From Somniosus microcephalus (lineage: Eukaryota), in NCBI GenBank assembly GCA_052327205.1, contig CM126202.1, forward strand, positions 192,076,001 through 192,140,000: DNA of 64,000 nt, in the 5' to 3' direction. Positions 52,210 through 63,410 of the stretch are shown here, one piece after another. How positions within the stretch are numbered: position 1 is the first letter of the stretch; each line of letters opens with the position of its first letter. Position numbers and translations under genes: made by a program. The notes beneath the pieces were generated by a model. It worked only from the letters and a program-made list of their open reading frames with translations, had not been told where the DNA came from and ran no database searches.

Positions 52210-54120
52210 ATTAATCCTCTTCACTGACACTTACCTCAGCATTACTTTGTGACCATAAGTTGGAGGAGTCTTTGGGGAAGTGCAACTTCTGCAAGACATG
52301 TTGAGTGAGCCCTACAAGAGGCAGGCTTCCCTTGTTTCTCTCTCCTGTCCATGCATTCCCATTCATGGCTGTAAGTGATTTTATCGAGGTAAAGCTCTGA
52401 TTTTGCTGCAAATGCTTTCCTTTAGGCAAATAAACCACTCTAGATTTGTGTTGTGCTTGGAGTGAGGAGTGCTTCTCCTTTTGTTTTTCTTTCTCATTCA
52501 CAACGCCAACTGATGACTGGAATTTCCCAGCACCTCTTAAATGATGTGAAGATTGAATGCTCAAGTTCATGCAAATGTCGTTCTTTTCAGGTTCATCCAT
52601 GCAGTTAGGACAGTCTGTCAAGGCTACATATTGGCATGAATCTTCTTACTCAGGTTGAATGGCTGACTGCAAAAACTTGGAATTCTCCAGGTATTCGTCT
52701 TTGTTTTTCAGTTCTGTTGCTCTAATCTGAAAATTTCAACACATTGACTCATGAAAGATAATTTGTACACGTCAAGAAAATTTTTGTTTCCTGTAATGGA
52801 TGGCCCTTAATGAGCTTTTCTCTCTGACAAGGAGGTTATTTTGAGCTTTCTAGCATGTAAACCAGCACCACCCCCTTCATCTCTTCTTACTAACAAATTA
52901 ATTAGAATGTGTTAGACTTCCAAGGTCAAGTCTGGAAATATGGGCCAAGCAGGTTTTTTTAAAATCATAATTACTTATTCCAGACATCTATGTAAAAAAA
53001 TTTACGTCTATGCACACTTCCTGTCTACAAAACCTTACTTCCTGTTGTCACATTTTTGCCATCCTTCTGTCAACTTTTTCTATTATAAATTCCTACATCC
53101 ACATTTATAATGGAAACTGGCTATGTAAACTTGTCATGCTGTAATTACACCCTCCCGCTAGTGGTGGCACTGTAGCGCCTCCTAGCCTGTATTGTACCCG
53201 TTAGCAATGAATGTTTTGGCTCAGATTTGATTTAGTTTGTCTCCAATAGGGCATTCACTCTTCTTTGGATGGAAAATTTGAAGATCTCAATGATGATCTC
53301 AAATTTTCTTAATGATTACTGCAAGAAATATTTTGAATTACAGGAGATAAAAATACTGCTTTCTTTTTAGCTAATTGAAAAACAATTACAAAATAAATAG
53401 CAATAGAAAATGTTGGTGACCTTTTTTGATAGACTTTTCAATAAGCTCTCCAGTAGTACTCTGGGTCAATCATGTAAACACAGTTGTGACTTGCTACGAG
53501 TTATTATAACATTGGGATTAGATTAATATCAACTCCCTAAGGAGATCTTTAAGAAACTTGGCTAGCTGGTTCGTGGTGACAGTTTTAAGTTCTTGTGGGA
53601 TTGACTTTAATTTTAGCTTAATGGGCCCAAAATTCAGATGTTTATGATAAGGAATCAAAGATGTAATCTAGATGGTGACTATATGTATTTTTGTAGATTG
53701 TCAGGGAACATGTGTAGAATTCTGCACTGTAAGGGAAAGTAAATGAATAGTGACCTTGACACTGCCAAGGATTAGATTGCAGACTCCTGAAGAAGCAATG
53801 AGTACTTATCCCACTAATAGACTAACAGGGATTGGATGGTTGGAAGTCTCGACCTTCCCATTATGTCATCAGAGACAAGAAACACAAACTAGGAAAACAG
53901 CATCTGCATCCCTATCCCACTCAAATGACAGAAGTTGGGTGCTCCCCCAACATATGCTAGCTTGGTTTAAATATGTATCTTTGTTTCTGTGACTCATTCC
54001 ATAAATGGCAGCTGCTTGCCTACTACTTGTGACCTGCCATTGTCTCAGGAAACTTATAGCAGGATAAAGAAAATGGAGGTGCATATGTACCAAGGGGTTT
54101 TTAATGCATATGTTCTTTTC

Positions 54121-54593
54121 AAAGAAAGAACAACAACTTGCATTTATATAGCTCAGTCAACGTAGTAAAATGTCCCAAAGCGCTTCAAACAAAATTTGAC
54201 ATGGAGCCCAGATATTAGGAGAGGTGAGGTAGGTTTTAAGGAGCATCCTAAAGGAGGTAAGAGAGGTAGAGAGGTAGAGAGGCTTAAGAGGGAATTCCAG
54301 AGCTTAGAGCCCAGGCAGCTGAAGCCACAGCTGCCAATGGTAGAGCGATTAAACTCGGTGATGCGCAAGAGGCCAGAATTGGAGGAGTGCAGAGATCTCG
54401 GAGGGTTGTCGGGCTGGAGGAGGTTACAGAGATAGGTGAGGGTGAGGCCATGGAGGGATTTGAAAACAAGGATGATAATTTTAAAATCAAGGCTTTGCCG
54501 GAATGGGAACCAATGTAGGCCAGCGAGCACAGGGGTGATGTGTGAACGGGACTTGGTGTGAGTTAGGATACGGGCAGCAGAGCTTTGGATGAG
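54121..54593 (-). mobile_element. L2 LINE 3' end
   Basis: LAGLHWFPFRQSLDFKIIILVFKSLHGL...LWNSL ORF2 C-terminus; tail GCTATATAAATGCAAGTTGTTG. Confidence 0.9.
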
Positions 54594-55053
54594 AAAGAAA
54601 GAACTTGCATTAATATAGCGCTTTTCACCTCCTCAGGACGTCCCAAAACGCTTTACAGCCAGTGAAGTACTTTTGAAGTGTAGTCACTGTTCTAATAATG
54701 CAGAAAACACGGCAGACAATTTTCACACAGAAAGGTCCCACAAACAGCAATGTGATAATGACCAGATAATCTGTTTTAGTGATGTTGGTTGAAGGCTAAA
54801 TATTGGCCAGGACACAGGGCGAACTTCCCTGCTCTTCTTCGGAATAGTGCCATGGGATTTTTACATCTACCTGAGGGGGCAGACGGGGCCTTGATTTAAA
54901 GTCTCATCTGAAAGACGGCACCTCCGACAATGCCTCAGTACTGCACTGAAGTGTCAGTCAAGATATTGCGCTCAAGTCTCAGGAGTGGGACTTGAAACCC
55001 ACAACCTTCTGACTCAGAGACTAGAGAGCTACCACTGAGCCATGGCTGACACC
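54594..55053 (-). mobile_element. Near full-length DeuSINE (SacSINE1-like)
   Basis: tRNA head with A box TGGCTCAGTGG and B box GGTTTCAAGTCC, Deu-domain-like core, L2-type tail with (CTTT)n. Confidence 0.9.
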
Positions 55054-55351
55054 TAAGGGACCAAATATGGGTAAGACCAAGGTATTTGTGAAGTACTAAT
55101 CTGAAATACCTTTCTGTGAAAAAAAAATTGAAAACATTTATTTAAAATGTCTCCAATGTCAAAAATATATATATTTTGCCAGTCAAAAACCAGCCTCTTG
55201 GATTAGCAAGGCTTGCTCAGATTATATATTCAGTTGCCACCTCTCTGTCCAGCTGTCATTTTACTGAGTGGAGGGTCTGCATCTTTCCCTGTCCTGAATA
55301 CCGATCCCAGCTCTGCCACTCAAATTAAAGATTGCATGCTGTAAAAGACCA

Positions 55352-56111
55352 GTTGGAGAAATTGGACCTTGTTATGCCTTTTTTTTGGTTGCAAAATTGG
55401 GGTGAACAGGTCCAATTTTGTGCGGCAATGACATGTCATTTTGGCTCGGGCGATATTCAGGCATCCTTGGTGGCTGCCTTAAACAGGTGTTAGGCCCCTT
55501 TAATATGCCAATGAGGGGCCTAATGCCTGTTTAAGGACCCATCGCTAATATTGGTCAGTGCTGAACAGTGCAACTCTGCTGAGGTTTTCCTGTTCTTGCT
55601 GCAGCCCAACCAACAGTCCTGAAAAGTCCGGCAACAAAAAGGGAAGTTTCTTCTCTTTAACTTACCTTCATGTGGTGTCAGAAAGAGCAGCATTCCTTTT
55701 TGTTTAATCCACTCTTGGAATGTGGGTGTCACTGAGAAAAGGTCGGCACTGATTGCCCATCCCTAGTTGCCCTTGAGAAGGTGGTGGTGGACTGCCTTCT
55801 TGAACCATGTAGTAAAGGTGCTCCTACAATGCTGTTAGGTAGGAAGTTCCAGGATTTTGACCCTGAGTGCCGTTGCCCGCCCACACTCAACCCCCTCCTG
55901 TTCTCTTCCCCGCCGCCCCCCATAAGATTTACCTGAGGTCCACTATTAGTTAGATGCTTCGGGATCCCTGATTTGTGTCTGCAGCCACAATTACACTGAT
56001 AAGGCCCAAGGTCAAATTTCAGAAAAGCCTCAGGCCTACAGCTTCTGAAGTGCGCTCTGAGCGCGTCGCCTATCTTTGGTCCAGAGACGCAGTGAAACCA
56101 ATTTCCAGCCC
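55352..56111. mobile_element. Older Harbinger-like MITE containing a LINE 3' fragment (55697-55863, minus)
   Basis: GGAGAAATTGG...CCAATTTCCAGCCC ends; the nested piece matches the 33767-34310 family. Confidence 0.6.
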
Positions 56112-56871
56112 TGTACCTGAATTGTTTAACTGGATTTGTTTTTGTAGTATTCTGGGGAAATGATTCAGATTGAAAGTACTCTCCCACCCTTCAGAGTATT
56201 GTGGTTTCTTAGCCCCAAACACTCCAATTTGAATAACTTTCAGAGTTTAAATTTGGCTTGGGTCACACCCCTATTGTTGACATTAGCTTGCAGCCAACTT
56301 GTTCAGAAAATTCTGCTGCACTCGGGATGAAGATAGCATTTCCCTACGGCAAGTGTAATGCTTGTCCCCACTATATTTTTTAGAGTTTTGTTAATGCCTA
56401 CCTAGATTTAGACTTCTGGAAGGAGGCAATAAACAAGGCATCAAAACATTCTGTGAATATTTTCCCTTAATCAGTGGATCTGAAGAGGCTCATGGTTTAT
56501 CTGTGTTGACTTTTCAGGATGGGGAGGGGGCAGAGAGTAGAAGGTGCTTGTCCTGTGTGACAAAGTCTCCATCAAGCGAAATGGGGACCAAATTGCCTTG
56601 GCATTATGGCAGACTCCCACTGTAACTCCAGTGAGAGTCTGGTGGAAACTTGAAAATAGACTGGGACCCGGATAATCCCGGCCTACGCTTGGATTTCTGG
56701 CTGGCCTTATAAGGGTGGAACGTCTGCCCATCACTTACAAAGATACTGTCGGGCAGAGATGAGCTGCACTAGCCTCTAGAAGGGTGTAAGAGGGCCCCAT
56801 TGGTGGGGGGAGGGAAGTGGTCCAGACCAGAGAAACAGCTTTGTCTCCTGAAGATTGAGTCCTGATGTTGG

Positions 56872-57072
56872 CTTACAATGCTTTACTACAAATGAATAAC
56901 TTTGCAATTAACATTATTAAATAGGCAAATGTGGCAGTCAATTTGTGCACAAACAGACCCCATAAACAGCAAATGAATGAATGAATGACTATACAATCTC
57001 TTTTGGATGGTGTTGGTTGAGGGATCAATGTTTTGCCAGTGAAAACTTCTTTGCTTATCTTCAAATAGTGTC
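56872..57072 (-). mobile_element. Degraded DeuSINE 3' half
   Basis: Colinear with 54640-54850 (..TGTTGGTTGAGGGA.....CTTCAAATAGTG). Confidence 0.65.
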
Positions 57073-57111
57073 AGTGCAACAGTGAGAGAGTACTGAATTA
57101 TTGGAGGTATT

Positions 57112-57797
57112 CGGCTGAAAATTCAGTAGCCTTAGCGCCTCATTTGAGGCGCTAGAGGGCCTTGCGCCGGAGTTATGGCCAGTAGTGAAATTCCCTGGGG
57201 CCCTAAATCGGCGTTGCTCCGGTAGCGCTGCGCCGGCACCGATGACGTCATCGGTGTGCGCAGTGTCCCGGTTGCCGTGGTAACCCGCCCGAACTCCGAA
57301 ATTGAGTTGCGGCCGCCTCGCCCGTGGCAGCCGCAACCAGCGTTTTGTCAGAGGTGCCTTACTGCAGTTAGCGCCGGCGCATTAAAGGCCCCGCGGCGGC
57401 CGGCCGCTTTCCCGCCGGCCGCCTGCCCGCAGCTCCCTCCCCGGACTTCTCTCCCCCCGCCCCCCGGAACAGATGCAAGCCCGGCACTTGTCCGAGGTGC
57501 CGGGCTCATTTTTAAGCAGATTTGCGCGGGCCGCGGCCGGGTGCAGGCAGCTCCTCCTTAACGGAAGGAGGAGGCCTGCACTTCCCCAGCCTGTCGCACC
57601 GCATCGGGTGCCGCAGCGCCGGAATTGCGGCGCGAAACGGCAATTAGCGCCCTTTTCCAGGCGCTAAGACCCTTCAGTAGCGCCGGCAGCCGTTTGGGCG
57701 CGGTGCCACTGAATTTTTGGCGCGCGCAGGGGACTTATCGCCGGCACTAATTTCCGGCGCTAAAGCCCTGGCTAAGCCAAAACCCAATTTCTAGGCC
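57112..57797 (+). mobile_element. Young CpG-rich Harbinger-like MITE, copy 1 (686 bp)
   Basis: Ends CGGCTGAAAATT...AATTTCTAGGCC; ATT duplicated on both flanks. Confidence 0.9.
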
Positions 57798-57834
57798 ATT
57801 GTCTTTTGGATGGTGCCTTAAACCTAGGCCTCAG

Positions 57835-58517
57835 GGCCTAGAAATTCACTGGCCTTAGCGCCGCTTTTGAGGCGCTAGAGGGCCTAGCGCCGAAGTTATG
57901 GCAGTTTAGAAATTGACAGGGGCCCTAAATCGGCGTTAGGCCGGTAGCGCTGTGCCGGCACCGATGACGTCATCGGTGTGCGCAGCGTCCCGGTTGCCAT
58001 GGTAACCCGCCCAAACTCGGAAATTGAGTTGCGGCCGCCTCGCCCGTGGCAGCCGCAAGCAACGTTCTGGCAGAGGTGCCTTACAGAACTTTGCGCCGGC
58101 GCATTAAAGGCCCCGCGGCGGCCGGCCGCTTTCCCGCCGGCCGCCTGGCCGCAGCTCCCTCCCCGGACTTCCCCCCCGACCCCCGGAACAGAAGCAAGCC
58201 CGGCACTTGTCCGAGGTGCCGGGCTCATTTTTAAAAAGATTATCGCGGGCCGCGGCCGGGTGCAGGCAGCTCCTCCTTAACGGAAGGAGGAGGCCTGCAC
58301 TTCCCGAGCCTGCCGCACCGCTGCGGGCGCCGCAGCGCCGGAATAGCACCGCAATGCGGCGCGTGGTGCCAGTTTTGAGGCGCTGAGACCCCTCAGTAGC
58401 GCCGGCAGCCGTTTGGGCGCGGCGCTACTGAATGTTTGGCGCGCGCAGGGGGACTTAGCGCCGGCACTAACTTCCGGCGCTAAAGCCCTCGCTGCGCCAA
58501 AACCGAATTTCTAGGCC
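57835..58517 (+). mobile_element. Young CpG-rich Harbinger-like MITE, copy 2 (683 bp, different subfamily)
   Basis: Perfect TIR GGCCTAGAAATTC...GAATTTCTAGGCC; CAG duplicated on both flanks. Confidence 0.92.
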
Positions 58518-58534
58518 CAGGTGTCATAGTCAAT

Positions 58535-59219
58535 GGCCTAGAAATTGGGTTTTGGCTTAGCCAGGGCTTTAGCGCCGGAAATTAGTGCCGGCGCTAAGTC
58601 CCCTGCACGCGCCAAAAATTCAGTGGCGCCGCGCCCAAACGGCTGCCGGCGCTACTGAAGGGCCTTAGCGCCTGGAAAAGGGCGCTAACTGCTGTTTCGC
58701 GCCGCAATTCCGGCGCTGCGGCACCCGATGCGGTGCGGCAGGCTGGGGAAGTGCAGGCCTCCTCCTTCCGTTAAGGAGGAGCTGCCTGCACCCAGCCGCG
58801 GCCCGCGCAAATCTGCTTAAAAATGAGCCCGGCACCTCGGACAAGTGCCGGGCTTGCATCTGTTCCGGGGGTGGGGGGAGAGAAGTCCGGGGAGGGAGCT
58901 GCGGGCAGGCGGCCGGCGGGAAAGCGGCCGGCCGCCGCGGGGCCTTTAATGCGTCGGCGCTAACTGCAGTAAGGCACCTCTGACAAAACGCTGGTTGCGG
59001 CTGCCACGGGCGAGGCGGCCGCAACTCAATTTCGGAGTTCGGGCGGGTTACCACGGCAACCGGGACGCTGCGCACACCGATGACGTCATCGGTGCCGGCG
59101 CAGCGCTACCGGAGCAACGCCGATTTAGGGCCCCAGGGAATTTCACTACTGGCCATAACTCCGGCGCAAGGCCCTCTAGCGCCTCAAATGAGGCGCTAAG
59201 GCTACTGAATTTTCAGCCG
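58535..59219 (-). mobile_element. Young CpG-rich Harbinger-like MITE, copy 3 (685 bp), inverted, inserted in the CR1 tail
   Basis: Near-identical reverse complement of copy 1; flanks AAT/ATA inside the CATAGAGT tail repeat of the LINE. Confidence 0.9.
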
Positions 59220-60914
59220 ATAGAGTTATACAGCACAGAAAGAGGCCCTTTGGCCCATTGTGTCCGCGCCGGCCATCAAGCCCTGTCTATTTAATCCCAT
59301 TTTCCAGCACTTGGTCCATAGCCTTGTATGCTATGGCGATTCAAGTGCTCATCTAAATGCTTCTTGAATGTTGTGAGGGTTCCTGCCTCTACCACCCTTT
59401 CAGGCAGTGAGTTCCAGATTCCAACCACCCTCTGGGTGAAAAAGTTTTTCCTCAAATCCCCGCTAAACCTCCTGCCCCTTATTTTGAAACTATGCCCCCT
59501 GGTTATTGACCCCTCTACTAAGGGGAACAGTTCCTTTCTATCTACCCTAACTATGCCCCTCATAATTTTGTACACCTCAATCAGGTCCCCCCTCAGCCTT
59601 CTCTGCTCTAAGGAAAACAACCCCAGCCTGTCCAGTCTCTCTTCATAGCTGAAGTGCACCAGCCCAGGTAACATCCTGGTGAATCTCCTCTGCACCCTCT
59701 CCAATGCAATCACATCCCTTCTATAGTGTGGCGACCAAAACTGCACACAGTATTCCAGCTGTGGCCTAACTAACGTTTTGTACAGCTCCATCATAACCTC
59801 CCTGCTCTTATATTCTATGCCTCGGCTAATGAAGGCAAGTATCCCATATGCCTTTATAACCACCTTATCTACCTGTCCTGCTGCCTTTAAGGTTCTATGT
59901 ACATGCACACCAAGGTCCCTCTGATCCTCTGTCCTTCCTAGGGTCCTACCATTCATTGTGTATTCCCTTGCCTTGTTAGTCCTCCCAAAATGCATCACCT
60001 CACACTTTTCAGGGTTAAATTCCATTTGCCACTGTTCTGCCCATCTAACCAACCCGTCTATATCGTCCTGTAGCCTGAAGCTTCCCTCCTCGCTATTTAC
60101 CACTCCACCAATTTTCATGTCATCTGCGAACTTACTGATCATACCTCCTACATTCATATCTAAATCATTAATGTACACTACAAACAGCAAAGGACCCAGC
60201 ACCGATCCCTGCAGTACACCACTGGACACAGGCTTCCAGTCACAAAAACAATTTTCGTCCATCACCCTCTGCCTCCTGCCACTAAGCCAATTTTGGATCC
60301 AATGTGCCAAATTGCCCTGGATCCCGTGGGCTCTTACCGTCTTGACCAGTCTCCCATGTGGGACTTTGTCAAAAGCCTTACTGAAGTCCATGTAGAATAC
60401 ATCAACTGCACTACCCTCATCCACACGCCTAGTCACACCCTTGAAAAATTCAATCAAATTGGTGAGACATGATCTCCCCCTGACAAAGCCATGCTGACTA
60501 TCCTTGATTAATTCTTGCCTCTCCAAGTGGAGACTAATTCTGTCCCTCAGAATTTTTTCCAATAATTTCCCTACCACTGATGTTAGGCTCACTGGCCTGT
60601 AATTCCCTGGTTTATCCCTACAACCATTTTTGAATAATGGTACTACGTTAGCTGTCCTCCAGTCCTCTGGCACCTCCCCTGTGGCCAGAGAGGTTCTGAA
60701 AATTTGTGTCAGAGCCCCTGCAATCTCATCCCTTGCCTCACGCAGTAGCCTGGGATACATCTCATCTGGGCCTGGGGATTTATCCACTTTTAAGCCCACT
60801 AAAACTGCTAGTACCTCCTCCCTCTCAATACTGATTAGTTCAAGTATATCACAATCCCGCTGCCTGATACCTATGCCTACATCGTGCTTCTCCATAGTGA
60901 ACACAGATGCAAAA
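59220..60914 (-). mobile_element. Young 5'-truncated CR1 LINE with uninterrupted RT reading frame (ORF 59291-60904, 537 aa)
   Basis: KSPGPD, NYRPVSLTS, QHGF, DFSKAFD, QGSVLGP, FADD motifs without stops; tail continues at 58524-58534; AGGTG on both outer flanks. Confidence 0.97.
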
Positions 60915-61099
60915 AGGTGGATGTAAAATATTCCTTGGCACTATTCGAGGAAGTTCAGGAAAGTTCTGGCTGTGTTCTATCCAAAAGTTATGCCTTGTGT
61001 GGAAATTGGATCTCATGTTTGCTTACATAACAACAGTGACTACTCTTCAAAAATAAATTCAATGGCTGTGAAGTGTTTTGAGTTAACTTGACAATGTGA

Positions 61100-61310
61100 T
61101 TATTTCCTCTGGTGGGGGCATCAAGAATAAAGGGACATAATCTTAAAAGAGCTTGGCCATTCAAGAGTGAAATCAGGACGCACTTTTTCACACAAAGGGT
61201 AGTAAAAATCTGGAGCTCTATCTTCCAAAATGCTGTGGGTGCCATGATCTAATTCAATGGTGTAGCAGGCCCAAGGGGCTGAATGGCCTACTCCTGTTCC
61301 TATGCTCCTA
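61100..61310 (+). mobile_element. Old CR1 3' fragment
   Basis: TTCACACAAAGGGTAGT...GCCATGATCT...GAATGGCCTACTCCTGTTCCTATG 3' UTR. Confidence 0.75.
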
Positions 61311-62709
61311 GCACTATGTAAATGAAAATTCTTTCTTTCTTTGTTACATTGCAGAACATATTCCATAGCAGCAGAACAATATAAAGACAACGGTGCATGC
61401 AATCATGCAATTTGTTTTTAAGCTGCAGTTGGCAGTTATTTTCTGTGCCATTGTACCTTTTCAACAGGCTATAAGGGCCAGTGAGGAAAAAGACATATGA
61501 CTGGCTCTATCACAAAAGATAGCAACCTTGTCCCTACAATTGTGCCTTAGGAGAAGCTGGCAAAAATCACCTATGTATGTGGGCTATCACTGCCAGTACT
61601 GTAAAGTAAATGGGGTATCATTTTTGCTCTTAAAACAGTGGGATTGGAACAGCCGGCATTCAGGTCTATGATTGCTGTGCCAAGGACGTTGATTTGGGTT
61701 ATAGATGGATGTAATAAATTGAAGGACCAATGCAGCCAAAACAAAACACGTTGAGAGTGTCTGTTAGAGTTACCTCATTAAGGCAGGGCAGGTTAACAAA
61801 TGATATTAGCGCAGACATCTCCCTACACAACAGCTGAGACTCTGCTGTTCTCAGTCTGCTGTTTTCAATGATGTATAAAAGCATCAGGTATTCAGAGTTC
61901 TTGCCAACTGTCACAGAAATATGTGGAACTGTTGTGCAAATCTCAGCATAAACCCAGTGAACATGTTGTCCTCAGTGGTCAGAAGGGGCTGATGGGTGTC
62001 ATTCTCACTTAATAAATATTACCTGTTTTTCCACAACCTTCAGTGTCATGCTGGCCATATTTATTGAAGCCATTGCTTAGCAGAGAATTTGCTGTTATCA
62101 GTTTTCTTACTTTATGACTAATTTTTTGAATTGTGTGGTCCGATGGCAGAGATGTAGTTGAAGTAAACTAATCATATTGGTAGGTTTGTTGCCAAATTCT
62201 GAAACAATTTTTTGCTTGTGGGAAAATGCAGTCATTGGGTTTTCTGGCTTTATGTACATAGCAGAGAATTGATTTTCTGAGGCTCTACCAGCAGTACAGG
62301 ACTTCACTGGTCATGGGCATGGGGTGGGAAATTCTGCCCCGAACCCACATGCTTGATTCATGGAGCACCGGATTTTTGGATGGATGATCTTGATGTGAAA
62401 AAAAGAGGCAACACGACCAGCAAGAAAATATCCCATTACCCTATGTTAACTATGCAAACTGGATCCAACACTGAATTTCACAAGTGTAGTCGAGGCTTTG
62501 CCCCACCACGTTACTCGCCCAAAGAAAATGGGCACATGCAGGGAAATGGGTTTGGTCTGCTTTGGAATGTTTCTTCAAGCTAGTTTGCTGTTTTTGTTTA
62601 ATTAAATATTTAATTGTGCTTTTTTTTGTTGCAGTTCTCACTGTGTAATTTCAGGCACTAAGTTTGACATCACATGGCCCTAAGGTTGCAGCATTAGCAT
62701 CATCAGCAT

Positions 62710-62861
62710 ATTCAGGACAGAGATGAGGAGGAATTTCTTCACCCAGAGAGTGGTGAGCCTGTGGAATTCTCTGCCACAGAAGGTAGTGGAGGCCAATTCA
62801 TTAAATATATTCAAGAAGGAGTTGGATATATTTCTTAAGGCTAAAGGGATCAAGGGATATG
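62710..62861 (+). mobile_element. CR1 3' fragment truncated by the LTR element
   Basis: Nearly identical to 38487-38632; breaks at AAGGGATATG where the LTR starts. Confidence 0.9.
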
Positions 62862-63075
62862 TGTAGTGTATGTACCTTTAAGGGGAGAACTACTTTTTAC
62901 AGCTCCTGTATACTGTAGTACCGGCAGTGACCACACCTGTATATAAACCCTGAGTAGGGATCTGTACTGTTAGTTTTAGAGTAACCCTCATCCAGTAAAC
63001 ACCTGTTGATTGTTCCTCTGCAGTCTCTGTCTATTTCTTGAAGGACACCATACATCAAGATTCGCGGATTTAACA
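62862..63075 (+). mobile_element. 5' LTR of a Gypsy retrotransposon (214 bp)
   Basis: TGT...ACA ends, TATATAAA at ~62940, AGTAAA at ~62994, immediately followed by a PBS. Confidence 0.85.
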
Positions 63076-63076
63076 T

Positions 63077-63087
63077 TGGCGACGAGG
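63077..63087 (+). other. Primer-binding site TGGCGACGAGG (complementary to the tRNA-Ser(GCU) 3' end)
   Basis: 1 nt after the LTR end; reverse complement CCTCGTCGCCA. Confidence 0.8.
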
Positions 63088-63410
63088 CGATTCGAACCTA
63101 CCTGCAACTCTGCAGAGGAAGGCCGATTCCAGAGACACGGGCGTCGACCATCCGGCGGAGACTCCAGCGAGGCGGGCTGGCAACAGGTATGGCGCAGACC
63201 CTTCCCGCACAGCGGCGGCTAGAGCCGACCGACGGCACAGGAAAAGGCCGAGCAGCGTCGACGGGAGCAGAGAGAGAGGGTAACGCGCACAGGGCGCAGC
63301 TGGGGTTCAGGACCGAGCGGCGTCAATGAGAGAGGCGCGCAGGAAAATGCGCAGAGCACGGCCGGTGTTCAAGGGCTGAGCAGCGTCCACGGGGGAAGAA
63401 AGGAAAGCGC

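Larger units (their letters stand above)
57070..61085 (+). mobile_element. DeuSINE split into pieces by four later insertions
   Basis: Pieces ~57070-57111, 57801-57834, 58521-58523 and ~60915-61085 join into ...TTGGAGGTATTGTCTTTTGGATG..TTAAACCTAGGCCTCAGGTGGATGTAAAA..TGGCACTATTCGAGGAAG, colinear with the 30655 copy. Confidence 0.7.

Noticed and set aside
54980-55053. tRNA gene
   Set aside because: A and B boxes belong to the SINE head; the sequence continues into the Deu domain with no cloverleaf 3' end or terminator
58524-59225. Helitron/Helentron interpretation of MITE copy 3 (TC start, A|T insertion without TSD)
   Set aside because: Sister copies show TIRs with clean 3-bp TSDs and there is no CTRR end or 3' hairpin; the mismatched flanks of copy 3 remain unexplained
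57061-59294. Repeated 90-136 aa ORFs (MRSVPVAVVTRPNSEIELR...)
   Set aside because: By-product of three GC-rich MITE copies; near-cognate starts, indels between copies, no recognisable domain
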